Origin: Eledone cirrhosa
Taxonomy: Eukaryota
Reading direction: 5' to 3'
Length of the DNA stretch: 64,000 nucleotides
Assembly (NCBI GenBank): GCA_964016885.1
Contig: OZ024750.1
Location: forward strand, 14,508,001 to 14,572,000
Every line of letters starts with the position of its first letter. Position 1 is the first letter of the stretch. Position numbers and translations under genes: made by a program. Under the pieces are notes generated by a model. The model had not been told where the DNA came from and did no database searches. It saw only the letters and a list, made by a program, of their open reading frames with translations. Positions 39,801 to 49,147 of the stretch are shown piece after piece.

Positions 39801-42800
39801 ACCTTGTTATCAGAAACAACTTTCTATTCTTGGCCACTTAATTGTCACACATATTTTTTCTTCTTTCTCAAACAAAATTATTTCTAGATTATGGAAGCAA
39901 AGATATTTTTTGTAAATTTTATTTTTTGGTGTATTCTTTGGTTATGTGCCCTGGACATATCTTCACACAAAATTGGATGTTTCTTTTCAGAATTTGTGTG
40001 TTTTTTTTAATTAATCCAGCAGGATTTTTAGAGATATATTATAAAGTAAGCTGCAGCTGGTCAGCTTGTGAGGATTACCAACCTCTCATTTGATAATGTA
40101 TGTCCTGGCATTTTTTATTGGCTTTCATAATGTTAAGATTATAAATATTTTAATATGGCTGCTAAAAATGGTGAGTTTTATTCTGTGTTAAACTAGCAAT
40201 GTTCTTCTGTAGTGGAAATCTGAATCTTTATATTGAAATATTGTTGTTTCTGAGGAAGATAGTCAGATTGATCTCAAATATCAGCACTGGTGGTGACATA
40301 ACCATTACTTGATTTACTGTGATCAATCATATAACAATGAAGTATTCTTAACAACTTATATCTGACTTTTGTTTTGTTTTCATTGTTTAAGACACACTTA
40401 TATTTTTTAGTGAAATATTTATGGTAATATATTGTTAACTGCTATCAACCTATCAAAGGACTTTGATGAAACTCATGGAAGATATTTACATACAAAACAT
40501 GTATTAAAGGAGACAAAAGAATAGACGTTTCTGCCATTTGAAAATAGTGTTCATAGAGATTTGCTCAATTGGTTTTGTTAAATTGCATCTACTACATTCA
40601 ATCCAGGACTTTTTCACTCCTACTGGAAGAATCCCTCCTTGATTGACCTCCCCTGTTTTCTGTTTTAGTCATGTCAGCGGTGTAGCCGAACTCACCACAC
40701 TTGGCCAATTATGGGTTGGTGAGGCTATTTAACCCATAGTGGGGTAAACTCATTTCTACAGCTGAGTGAACTGGAGTAACGTGAAATAAAGTGTCTTGCT
40801 CAAGAACACAACACAATGCTCGGTCCGAGAATCGAACTCACAGCCTCAAGATTATAAGCCCGACACTCTAATCACTAGGCCATGCGCCTACTACACAATA
40901 CTAAGTAATTAGTTATAGTTACATGCTTGGTCATGTGGATGTTATTTGAGATTTCCATTATAGCTTATAGATTATATAGCAAACAATACTTGCATAAAAT
41001 AACTTAGGGTAAAGAATAAGTGTTTCAATTACACTTAAAGAAATACTGACTTTGTATTAATAAAGTAAAGCAAACATTGTTTCTCTCCAAAGAGGGATAT
41101 ACTTAACATCAGGTTTCACCTTATCTATACTGTGTCATTTACATTCAGTAATAGTTGAGATTTTCTATTTTTAAAACAATGGTTCTTCTTTAAATAACAT
41201 CTAGGATGAAACAAAAACTGGAGAAGAATTAGTCATATCAAAATCTAAAGGAGAGTTGTGTCGACCAGACTCATTACCAGGTATCACTGAAGTAGAATAT
41301 GTTTCCAAGTAAGTTTTAGTTTCTCTCTCTCTCACTCACTCAAAACCCACTAAAAAAGTTTTAATCTCTCTCTTTCTCCCTCTCATCCACACCCACTCAC
41401 TAATAAAGCCATTATTAGCATCATTTTTACATTACACATCCAATGGAGCATACTTGATTCATTTCCTTCTGCAAAACATTGAGCAAACACCCTGAACTGA
41501 ACACCAATCCTGCACACTTCACTCCTACTAAACAAACCTGCGACCCACCCTCCAAATTTACAAACCAAACGCAGACAACCCACATTCCCAAATAAAGTAA
41601 TTTGATGATGTACAATGAAGAAACTAAGGTTTGCCTTTTGTGCTTTTGAAAATATTTTATGTGTCAAATTTAAATTATGTTTTTTACAGATATTACACAG
41701 ATTTTGAACATGTAGAAAAATTGAGTCATGGAGCCTTTGGTATTGTTTTTGTTGCTAAAAATAGATTTGATTCTTGTCAGTATGCTGTCAAAAGAATATG
41801 TCTGCCTAAATGGTAAGCAGTTTTTTTCCTTTGGTAGTGTGTATCTAAAATATTTTTCTTGTGTGGTATACGTAATATTTATAATAAGTTATTTTATTTT
41901 ACAAAATAAACACACAATTAAAAGAAAGAAAAAAAAAATCAAGCAATGAAAGAAAGGGAGAAGGGGAGAGACAGGCACTACACACTAACCTGAGTGATGC
42001 CTCAGCCATACACCACAGACAAAATAGCAAATATTTATATTTCATTTGTTCAAGATGTAAAATATCAATATTTCATTTGTTTTAAAGTAAGTGAACTATT
42101 GATGAAAACAGATATCAGCATCAGCATCATCATCATTTCATTTTATGTCCACTTTTCCCTGCTTGCAAGGGTGGGACGGGAACTGATGCTGGCATGATTT
42201 ATACAGCTGGATGCCCTTCCTAACACCAACCTCATTTACAGTGAGTGCTGGGTGCTTTTTTGTCGTGGCACCTCCACAACCACTTTGAAGTGGAATGATA
42301 TGGACCCCAGTCCCTATCATCTCATTTCTACAGCTGAGTAAACTGGAGCAATAAGAAATAAAGTGTCTTGCTCAAGGAAACAACACATCACTCGGTCTGA
42401 GAATTGAACTCACAACCTTTCGATTGCAAGGCCAATGCTCTAACCACTAAGCCATGTGCCTCCATATAATTACCGTATTTCCCAGCGTTGAAGACGCTTC
42501 GTCCTCGAGAACACACCCTAATTTCGACAACCAAAAATTTGAAAGAAAAATAATAAACATGGCCTCCAGGACGCATGGTAGATTTTTTAGACTTATTTTA
42601 AGAAAAAAGTAGCATCTTTGACGCTGGGAAATACGGTATATGCTGTGATTTTATCCATAATCTCTACATATACAATGAACTGAATTTAAAAGTTATTTAC
42701 TAAAATATATGTTAATTTTTTTAATTGAATTTAAATTGAATTTTATTTTATAATTATTCAATTTTTCATTTTTCTTCAGTGCAAGCAGTGAAGAAAAGGT

Positions 42801-45800
42801 TATGAGAGAAGTAACTACACTTGCAAGTCTGGATCATGCTGGCATTGTCCGGTATTTTCAGTCATGGTTTGAATGCCCACCTATTGGATGGCAGGAAAAG
42901 AAAGATTTAGAACTGGGACATAAGTATGTTTATATTCATTTTAACATCCACTAAAATTGTTGAGAATCGATGTGTGTGTGTGTGAATGCGAGAGGGAGAG
43001 GGAGAACAAGATAAAGAAAGGTATGAGTGTATTTTATACCTGTCTTCTTTAAAAATAATTATTGCTTATTATAAAATTTATACATATTCTGGAAAAATTT
43101 AAAACTATATTTAACAACAAAAAATAGGCTATTTGTTTGTAAAGTAGTAGTGCTGGTGCCACAATAAATAACACTCAGTCCACTTTGTCACATATGTGGC
43201 TTTGACAGTGCCACAAAATGCACATAGTACATGTTGGCATTAGAAACCAAGCCCAAAATGGAATAAATTAGCAAGACATTACCTGATTGGTCAGTCTAGA
43301 TGAATTAGCAAGACATCACTTGATTGGTCAGTCTAGCCTTTTGAGGTAATTTCCTGTCTAAGCATGGAAATTAGACGTAAAATAGCACTGATAAATCCAC
43401 TCATTTCTGTTCCATTTTTCTTATGTCTATGTGCAAGCATTGAGTCCACATCTCTAGTCTGATGATAACTCAATATATACTACTTCCTCCTTTTCTCCTA
43501 TCAGTTATGGAGTTTCTACAAAATTTATGGACATGGTTCTTTCACTTCCGAACCCTTTAAAAAAAAAAAAAAATGATTCATCAGGTAGATGATAGCTAAA
43601 TCTGTTTTGTATTTGTCTTCCTTTTTTCTTCACCCACTAATCCTGGGGGGGTCGAGGAGGCAGAGTCCTCAAACACTCCATCCAGCAGGTCCTTTCAGAA
43701 GCAACCGTCGCCATCTGATCTGGCGAGACTAGTTAAACTCATGGATATTATCCAACCATCTTGTTTGAGGTCTACCCCTGGGTTGGTTTTGCCCATAAAA
43801 TCTGTCCAGCGATTCTTTCCTGAGACATTCTAACCACATGCCCATAGTATTGGAGCTGTGATCTCTCAATTTGGAGAAGTAGTGGCTTTACCTGTATTTA
43901 TCTTCCCTCTAAAGTCCTAATTTAGAGTAGCTTTATTCTGATCTTCTAAACTATTCTAGTAACATCTTTCTTCTCATTGAAATATGTTATATTATCTTTA
44001 ACGTAATATAGTTTTATTATTATATGCAATTTAGTTGAAAATTGTTTCCTTTAAGTGAGATGAATGATTTAATTTCTTTCATTACAGTAACTGTATTACT
44101 CCAAGTCCAATTACGCTAACAACTCCATCCGATGTTTCATCAGAGAAACCCAACAACCATATTGCTAACTGTCTCGATCATAATCCACTGCGACCTTTCA
44201 ATGACCTTGACCTTTCCAATATGAATTTTCCAAAGACTATTGGTCACAGTGATGGATTCTCAGCATATAAAGAAAATGATGAGAGTGGTTCTTTCAGTAT
44301 CTCTGACACAAATCTACAAGATGTATCTTCCAGACAGAGCAAGAGCAGTTATGATAGCAAAAATATAAATCCTTTCCAGCAATGTATAAATGCTGACCAA
44401 TCTGATAGTATAGTATTCCAAGATTCAGGCTGTGAAGAGAAAGGAGTTAGCAGTTGTGGCCAATCAACAGGACTACCTTTTCCTAGTCAAGTATTTAATA
44501 ATAAAACAACAACACAAGGCCAAGTAGTTAATAAAAAAGATAATAATAATATTTCAAAGGACAAGAAAAACAATGGTCCCAAAATGTACCTCTATATCCA
44601 AATGATGTTATGTAAGCGTGAAACATTAAAAGACTGGCTTACACATCATAGTGAGAATCGGAGTCCTGAAATTGTCTTGAATTACTTTGATCAAATTGTT
44701 GATGCTGTCGACTATGTACATAGGAAAGGAGTTTTGCACAGAGATCTGAAAGTAAGAAAATGATATTTTATTACATCCATTTTACTTATATTTTATGAAA
44801 TGTTTTCTTCTCATATATTCTTTTTTTTCTTCTTTTAATAATAATTATAATGAAAATTATTGTGTACAGTGCTCAGGTGTACTACAACTCATCAAAGGTG
44901 CATGTATAGTACATAGAATAATGTACAAATGTAAGGAATGTGAACAGTGTATGAGTCATGATTTACATGTGTGCATGTGTATGGAGGGGAGATATCAGGT
45001 GTAGTGTTGGCGAATTTCAGGAAGCATGGAGGTTTTAAAGGATAAAGTGTCTCGGCAGCCAACAACTGATGCAAGTAGTTTATGTTTTTAATTTTTGGTG
45101 TTGCAGCCTTCAAATATTTTATTTTCCAAAGATGGTCTAATCAAAGTTGGTGATTTTGGATTGGCAACAGCCATGACAAACTATATAGAGTCTGAAGAAA
45201 AAGTATTGAATAATCTGAAAGATTCAACAGATAACGATAAAGATGGAAATATGTCGTATAAACGACACACTGGTGGTGTAGGTACACAAATTTATATGAG
45301 TCCTGAGCTGGTGAGTGTTTCTTTTTTTCTTTTTTCTTTCTCTCAATCTAATAGGAACTGTTTAATAAGTATAATAAGGTAGCTATTCAAATGCTCAAAC
45401 TGAAACTATATTTGACATCTACCATGAGATTCATTACCATCATGTAAAGACGCTGTAAAGTGGTCATGTAGGTGTCATGACAAAAAACACCCAGCCCACA
45501 CTGTCAGGTGGTTGTGAAGGTGTCACGACAAAAAACACCCAGCCCACACTGTCAGGTGGTTGTGTAGGTGTCACGACAAAAAACACCCAGCCCACACTGT
45601 CAGGTGGTTGTGTAGGTGTCACGACAAAAAACACCCAGCCCACACTGTCAGGTGGTTGTGTAGGTGTCACGACAAAAAACACCCAGCCCACACTGTCAGG
45701 TGGTTGTGAAGGTGTCACGACAAAAAACACCCAGCCCACACTGTCAGGTGGTCGTGTAGGTGTCACGACAAAAAATACCCAGCCCACACTGTCAGATGGT

Positions 45801-48392
45801 CGTGTAGGTGTCACGACAAAAAACACCCAGCCCACACTGTCAGGTGGTCGTGTAGGTGTCTCCATCTGTGAACTGTTAGAAACGAGTTCATAACTTTAAA
45901 GTTGTGAATTGTTGGAAAGGAGTTCAAACATGTTTGGAGGAGATATATCATCTGTGGCACTGGAATAGATACATGTTAGGATAAGTTATCTAGTCTAGGG
46001 AACTAAGGAGGTTAAAATGTGCACACAATGCATTTCCTATATCAGTTATTTTAACTCTACATTTGTTCCTGTAAATAGTTATTTCTTCAAAGTTACTCAT
46101 ACATTCAATCCTATAGGCATTCATCACCGTTTTACGTCCGTTCTTCCTATAAACATCAAAACAGAGCATAAAAATATAGGCCAGAAAATACGGTAGATTG
46201 TTATTTAGCATTTAGCATTAAAAAGTGTAAAAAAATATATATTGCCATGAAAAAAGCCATTAAAAAATTGCGGAAGATATTTATGATTCCGCGAATATGC
46301 GGTGATTTCCACGAACAATTATTAGTTAGACTCTAAGGAACATTCCGCGAATGCCAGTACATTTATATATTTTTATATTTGTTGATTCTTATTACATTTA
46401 TTATATATTTCTCATTTCATAAATACTTTATAGATTAATGGAAAGGACTACAATGAAAAAGTCGATATATTTGCATTAGGGATGATTCTTTTTGAATTAA
46501 TTTATCCATTTGATACTGAATCTGAGCGTAGGAAAAAACTTCAAGATGTGAAAAAGCGACAGTATCCTGATGATTTTGATAAATTCAGCCCTAAAGATTT
46601 TCAAGAGGATATGGTGAGTAACTATTATAAAATTATATGGAGATTAAAAAAAAATCATTTGCTTTTGTTTTGAGCCATTTTCGTTTCACATTTGAAAAGA
46701 GGGTATTAGCCCTGAAATATCATGTTGAAATATACTGGGTAAAACATTACTTTACTGTTTTGTTTTGTTTTATTTGTCATCCTTTTCTCTTTATATATTT
46801 GTACTGCATTGTACCAACTTTCGGAGAGTTATCAGTCATTTAAAAAGAATAAATAAAAACTCATCACAAATCAATAACAGATTAATAAATCCCATATATA
46901 ATAATTGTCTCTACTTTTAGCACAAGGCCAGCAATTACCCCAGTGTATTACTGGTGCTTTATTTTATCAACCCCGTAAGGATGAAAGGCAAAGTTAACCT
47001 CGGCTGGATTTGAACTCAGAATGGCAAGGGCCGTAACTCTATACGTCAAAGCATGGTGTCCGACCCTCTACCGATACTGCCAATCCATATATAATAATGT
47101 GCTTCTTGTAGTCTTAAATAGATGAGAGCTCTTTGAATAGGACACTAGGTAGACTCCCCCTTATTTTGATATATTTAGGACTGCATTGTCCAATGTCTTT
47201 CCTTTGTAAGAAAACAGTTCCATTTGTCAGTTATCTTTAGCTGGTTGAGCTCCCTCATTGGTTCTTGTAGTTAATGGAGTGGTTATTTATTCCTGAATTA
47301 CTGGCTCAAAGATTGATGATTGATCAAAGTGCTTCAGTTCTCACACATATGGTAACATCATCTAAATGTTAATACAAAGGCTTTGTCTATGGCCAAAGCA
47401 CATTAGTAATTTTACTTTTGTAAATACAATAATAATCTATCAATTTATATTTGCATAGAGGTAACCTAGACTGCTTAAATGTGTATATAAATTTACATAT
47501 TTAGTATCATCATCATCACCATTTAACGGCTATCTTCTACGCTAGCATGGGTTAGACAGGAAATTGTCCCACTCATATAGGACTGTATCTGGCAGGTTTT
47601 CTATGGTTGGATGCCCTTCCTAACATCAACCACATTTACAGTGTGGACTGGGAGCCTTTTTACCATGTCTCCTACATGACCACTTTACAGCATGGACTGG
47701 ATGCTTTTTATCGTGACACCTACTTAGTGTAGACTGGATGTTGTGGTATCAACATAACTTTACAGAGAAAGGGTGGTGTGGGTGGAAGTGGGAGGATGGA
47801 GTAGGGGTAGTGGGTTAGAGTGTATATTTGGTTAAGAGGTGCCTACTGACTGTAGTGCCATTAATACAGGCGTATATATAAACATGCCAAATCTACGATT
47901 TCCTTGTATATGGAAAAAATATATATACACAGATATATGGATTCTTTGCTTAAACTTTAATGTTATTTTAATAAATATTTGCTCTATGGTTTTATATATT
48001 TTTATATATATATTATCCTTATCGAGCCCTCTTTGGATTTTAGTCTTCACATTTATTATTATTACTATATACAGATATAAATTTATCATATACTTTAGCT
48101 GCTTAGCACACAACTTAATGTAATAAACTGTAATAAATGTAGGAGCCTGTCAACCTATTTTAGTTTAAAAGAAAGGATGTGAAACATGAAGTCAAACCTT
48201 ATTTTAATTTTGTCTCATTGTATTTTTCAGTATGAATTGCTCAACGATCTTTTATCACCTGATCCAGCTAAACGACCAAGTGCTAAAAAGGTTCTCAATA
48301 GCAGCCTTATGACAGACTTGGATTACAGCAAAATGCCTCGAAGGTTTCGATCACGGACACTATCAAATGGCAGCAAAGCAAAGAAAATTTGA
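5034..48392 (+). CDS. EIF2AK3: PERK (eIF2-alpha kinase 3), spliced gene of 18 coding exons, 3138 nt, about 1045 aa
   Basis: Signal peptide, IRE1/PERK luminal domain ([18 protein letters not shown]), TM segment ([20 protein letters not shown]) and split kinase domain with insert ([31 protein letters not shown]). All introns are GT-AG with consistent phases. Confidence 0.97.
7326..7527. repeat. Two near-perfect hairpins (30-bp and 57-bp arms) within (TA)n tracts
   Basis: 7326-7355 pairs with 7362-7391, and 7410-7466 pairs with 7471-7527, each with one mismatch. Confidence 0.9.
7665..8125 (+). mobile_element. RTE-related 3' tail repeat with three 48-bp internal units
   Basis: Shares GTTGGTGTTAGGAAGGGCATCCAGC...CCATGCTAGCGTGGAAAATGGACGTTAAACGATGATGA with many copies in the window. 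Confidence 0.7.
8140..10330 (+). mobile_element. Decayed RTE/BovB-like LINE (RT region to C-terminal zinc-finger-like region)
   Basis: [39 protein letters not shown] and FVYLGS are present. It has frameshifts and stops and is interrupted by a TTAA MITE. Confidence 0.9.
9775..9966. mobile_element. piggyBac-type MITE with TTAA TSD, nested in the LINE
   Basis: TTAA|CCCTTT...AAAGGG|TTAA. Related copies at about 12098-12328, 20043-20260, 29305-29515, 29980-30202, 36207-36420, 38617-38832, 50976-51158, 59403-59610 and 60131-60339. Confidence 0.8.
10378..10620 (+). mobile_element. SINE family A, headless copy inverted relative to the next copy
   Basis: Reverse complement of about 10713-10905. Confidence 0.8.
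10701..11028 (-). mobile_element. SINE family A: tRNA-derived head plus RTE-shared 3' tail
   Basis: Minus strand has an A box TGGCTTAGTGG and B box GTTCAATTC. The tail is shared with RTE 3' ends. Near-identical copies are at 19360-19680 and 42120-42463. Confidence 0.85.
11142..11262 (+). mobile_element. Short LINE (RTE-like) 3' end with (TAGA)n tail
   Basis: Reads [27 protein letters not shown] followed by tagatagataga. Confidence 0.6.
12683..13140 (+). repeat. RTE-tail-derived element with about 6 tandem 48-54-bp units
   Basis: Repeated AAAAAGCACCCAGTTCACACTGTAAGGTGGTCATGGTGGTGACACG, followed by the shared tail. Confidence 0.85.
15060..16200 (-). mobile_element. Decayed RTE LINE reverse-transcriptase fragment
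   Basis: [34 protein letters not shown] and ELLYADDLV. Confidence 0.9.
16800..17690 (-). mobile_element. Highly decayed RTE/BovB-like LINE fragment
   Basis: [16 protein letters not shown]...LDVFHKSC, with an upstream [13 protein letters not shown]-like frame. Confidence 0.7.
17743..18290 (-). mobile_element. Non-autonomous Helitron-like element
   Basis: Minus strand starts A|TCTATATATC and ends with a subterminal hairpin (CCCGAGCAACGCCAGG) then CTAG|T. It has internal (CAGA)n repeats. Confidence 0.7.
19360..19680 (-). mobile_element. SINE family A copy
   Basis: Near-identical to 10701-11028. Confidence 0.85.
19821..19947 (+). CDS. EIF2AK3: PERK exon 2
   Basis: ttgcag|[27 protein letters not shown]...SKLE|gtgagt. 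Confidence 0.95.
22576..23006. mobile_element. hAT-type MITE with nested SINE tail
   Basis: TIRs CAGAAGTTCTCAAA and TTTGAGAACCTCTG, 8-bp TSD ccatacac/ccctacac, SINE tail at about 22690-22867. Confidence 0.7.
23243..23565. repeat. 27-bp minisatellite, about 12 units
   Basis: ACTAGTGACCCATATACTAAAGGGTTA repeated. Confidence 0.95.
23583..23823. mobile_element. Tc1/mariner-type MITE with TA TSD
   Basis: TA|CAAGGAGACCACAAAAACACTCCTTGAT ... ATCAAGGAGTGTTTTTGTGGTCACCTTG|TA. Confidence 0.85.
23853..24150 (-). mobile_element. CR1/L2-like LINE 3' end with (ATT)n tail
   Basis: Encodes a [14 protein letters not shown]-like C-terminus. Copies at about 18620-18695, 26025-26176, 27068-27277, 44838-45080 and 51404-51850. 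Confidence 0.75.
24204..24401 (+). CDS. EIF2AK3: PERK exon 3
   Basis: ttacag|[20 protein letters not shown]...YGVDMNSGQ|gtaatt. Confidence 0.95.
24517..24910. repeat. Compound trinucleotide microsatellite (CTA/CCA/CTG)n
   Basis: Seen directly. It explains the spurious poly-Y, poly-V and poly-S ORFs. Confidence 0.95.
26177..26822. repeat. 31-bp minisatellite, about 21 units
   Basis: AAACCAATAAATATGATGTATATATTTCATT repeated. Degenerate units also lie at about 25905-26000. Confidence 0.95.
26829..26965 (+). CDS. EIF2AK3: PERK exon 4
   Basis: ttccag|[10 protein letters not shown]...[21 protein letters not shown]|gtaaga. Confidence 0.95.
27783..28900 (-). mobile_element. RTE LINE 3' portion, apparently young
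   Basis: Open 149-aa [25 protein letters not shown]...[11 protein letters not shown] with a (GAT)n tail. Confidence 0.9.
29132..29271 (+). CDS. EIF2AK3: PERK exon 5
   Basis: accag|[11 protein letters not shown]...SFMYF|gtaaga. Confidence 0.93.
30208..30345. repeat. 24-bp tandem repeat, about 6 units
   Basis: GTTGGTAGCAGTACTAGCTGGTCA repeated. Confidence 0.9.
30550..30910 (+). mobile_element. RTE LINE 3' UTR fragment
   Basis: Reverse complement of the 27783-28150 tail. Confidence 0.8.
31978..32084 (+). CDS. EIF2AK3: PERK exon 6
   Basis: tcacag|[36 protein letters not shown]|gtatgt. Confidence 0.9.
33300..33547. repeat. 42-bp tandem repeat, about 6 units
   Basis: CTCTGTTATCTCTCTCATCACTATTTTTCCTTCCTCTAACGA-type unit. 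Confidence 0.9.
33681..33801 (+). CDS. EIF2AK3: PERK exon 7
   Basis: tttcag|[22 protein letters not shown]...PYMYI|gtaagt. Confidence 0.93.
34000..35173. repeat. 40-bp satellite, about 29 units, with 120/240-bp higher-order repeats
   Basis: ACAGTGGCTGTAATAGTACCATTGTTCTATTATATATAGT. The variant pattern recurs every 240 bp across 34321-35040. Confidence 0.95.
35240..35356 (+). CDS. EIF2AK3: PERK exon 8
   Basis: tttcag|[12 protein letters not shown]...VSWKPYLAS|gtaagt. Confidence 0.92.
35684..35812 (+). CDS. EIF2AK3: PERK exon 9
   Basis: ttttag|CSRTPALRP...AVWHQNYPF|gtgagt. Confidence 0.92.
36000..36117 (+). CDS. EIF2AK3: PERK exon 10
   Basis: atttag|DDGYYLFP...SLWDW|gtgagt. It matches the PERK YP-DNGYYL motif. 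Confidence 0.93.
36915..37053 (+). CDS. EIF2AK3: PERK exon 11 (transmembrane helix)
   Basis: ttctag|[22 protein letters not shown]...SSLEQ|gtaagg. Confidence 0.93.
37800..38030 (-). repeat. RTE-tail-derived repeat with 48-bp tandem units
   Basis: CCACTTTACAGTGTGGACTGGTTGCTTTTTGTCGTGACACCATCACAA, 3-4 copies. Confidence 0.8.
38940..39400 (+). mobile_element. Relic 3' end of a restriction-like-endonuclease non-LTR retrotransposon (Hero/NeSL-like)
   Basis: [20 protein letters not shown] and AERVSCWL resemble the GW..W.FPVEVGCRGF...AERAS.WLW C-terminus. It is frameshifted. Confidence 0.65.
40660..40890 (-). mobile_element. tRNA-headed SINE variant
   Basis: Minus strand GGCGCATGGCCTAGTGATTAGAGTG...GAGTTCGATTCTCGGACC. 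A related copy is at about 57148-57420(+). Confidence 0.7.
41205..41308 (+). CDS. EIF2AK3: PERK exon 12 (juxtamembrane)
   Basis: atctag|[10 protein letters not shown]...EVEYVS|gtaagt. Phases fit both neighbours. Confidence 0.88.
41690..41812 (+). CDS. EIF2AK3: PERK exon 13 (kinase subdomains I-II)
   Basis: [40 protein letters not shown]. Confidence 0.96.
42120..42463 (-). mobile_element. SINE family A copy
   Basis: Near-identical to 19360-19680. Confidence 0.85.
42473..42636. mobile_element. Tc1/mariner-superfamily (Tc2/pogo-like) MITE with TA TSD
   Basis: TA|CCGTATTTCCCAGCGT ... ACGCTGGGAAATACGG|TA. Confidence 0.85.
42780..42923 (+). CDS. EIF2AK3: PERK exon 14 (subdomains III-IV)
   Basis: [36 protein letters not shown]. 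Confidence 0.96.
43640..43892 (-). mobile_element. RTE-like LINE 3' fragment
   Basis: Minus strand reads [29 protein letters not shown] followed by [13 protein letters not shown]. Confidence 0.7.
44088..44751 (+). CDS. EIF2AK3: PERK exon 15 (kinase insert to HRDLK)
   Basis: 664-nt open exon ending [18 protein letters not shown]...VLHRDLK|gtaaga. Confidence 0.96.
45107..45310 (+). CDS. EIF2AK3: PERK exon 16 (DFG to activation loop)
   Basis: [21 protein letters not shown]...[15 protein letters not shown]|gtgagt. Confidence 0.97.
45452..45860. repeat. 48-bp minisatellite, about 8.5 units, derived from the RTE/SINE tail unit
   Basis: GTGTCACGACAAAAAACACCCAGCCCACACTGTCAGGTGGTTGTGTAG repeated. 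Confidence 0.95.
46434..46613 (+). CDS. EIF2AK3: PERK exon 17
   Basis: [36 protein letters not shown]. Confidence 0.96.
48231..48392 (+). CDS. EIF2AK3: PERK exon 18 (terminal)
   Basis: [22 protein letters not shown]...[14 protein letters not shown]. Confidence 0.95.
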   Translation, partial: YELLNDLLSPDPAKRPSAKKVLNSSLMTDLDYSKMPRRFRSRTLSNGSKAKKI

Positions 48393-48720
48393 AGGGGGCG
48401 GAAAAAAAAAAGAAATGCTATTTGCTCTTTCTGATCATTCCTTTCAACAGACATTCACTTTAAATGAATCTTTAAGATGATATGTATATTACATATATTT
48501 TAAAATTTTATTTTATCTTTTAATTATGAGTTACAACAAAAAAAAGTAAAATATTTCAGTGGGTCCAAAAAAAAAAAACAGTTAAAAGTTTCCTTAAAGC
48601 CTCTTTAGAAATGTAAGCTTTGTTTTATAAAGAGATGAATGGGCCTGCTATTTTTATCTAAAGACATTTTTTCCAATTCCACCCCACCCGTCCCTTCAAT
48701 CTATCTTATTTCTCATTCTT

Positions 48721-48756
48721 TCTTCTGATGAAGGACTATCAACCGAAACGTTAAGA
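48721..48756 (+). ncRNA. Minimal type I hammerhead ribozyme-like motif (Penelope-type)
   Basis: TCTT-CTGATGA-A-GG-ACTATCAA-CC-GAAA-CG-TT-AAGA. It has a 4-bp stem I, a weak 2-bp stem II and a palindromic AACGTT stem III. Confidence 0.45.
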
Positions 48757-49083
48757 CCCTCTCTCTTGCTATTTCAATCGTTAACCTAATATATTCCTTC
48801 CATACACTGTACCGATTGTGTTGTTATTTCTGTTTACCTTTTACATACACATACACACACATATATATATATATGGCCTCAGCCTGGAACATGTAAAAGA
48901 GTATATATATTTATTCCTTTTTCTTTATATAAAGCTAAAAAGTGAGTGTTACTGGAGTTTCGCCTATGATAAACAGGCAAAACTCCAGAGTAACAAGACT
49001 CACTTTTTAGTCTTAATATAAATGAATTTTAAAACTCTACTTCAGTATCGAGTACTTCTTTTTCTCAGCCGTCAACCACATAA

Positions 49084-49147
<64 letters not shown>

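Noticed and set aside
45452-45860. CRISPR-like regular repeats (also 23243, 26177 and 34000)
   Set aside because: The units are head-to-tail with no unique spacers, there are no cas genes, and the context is a eukaryotic intron.
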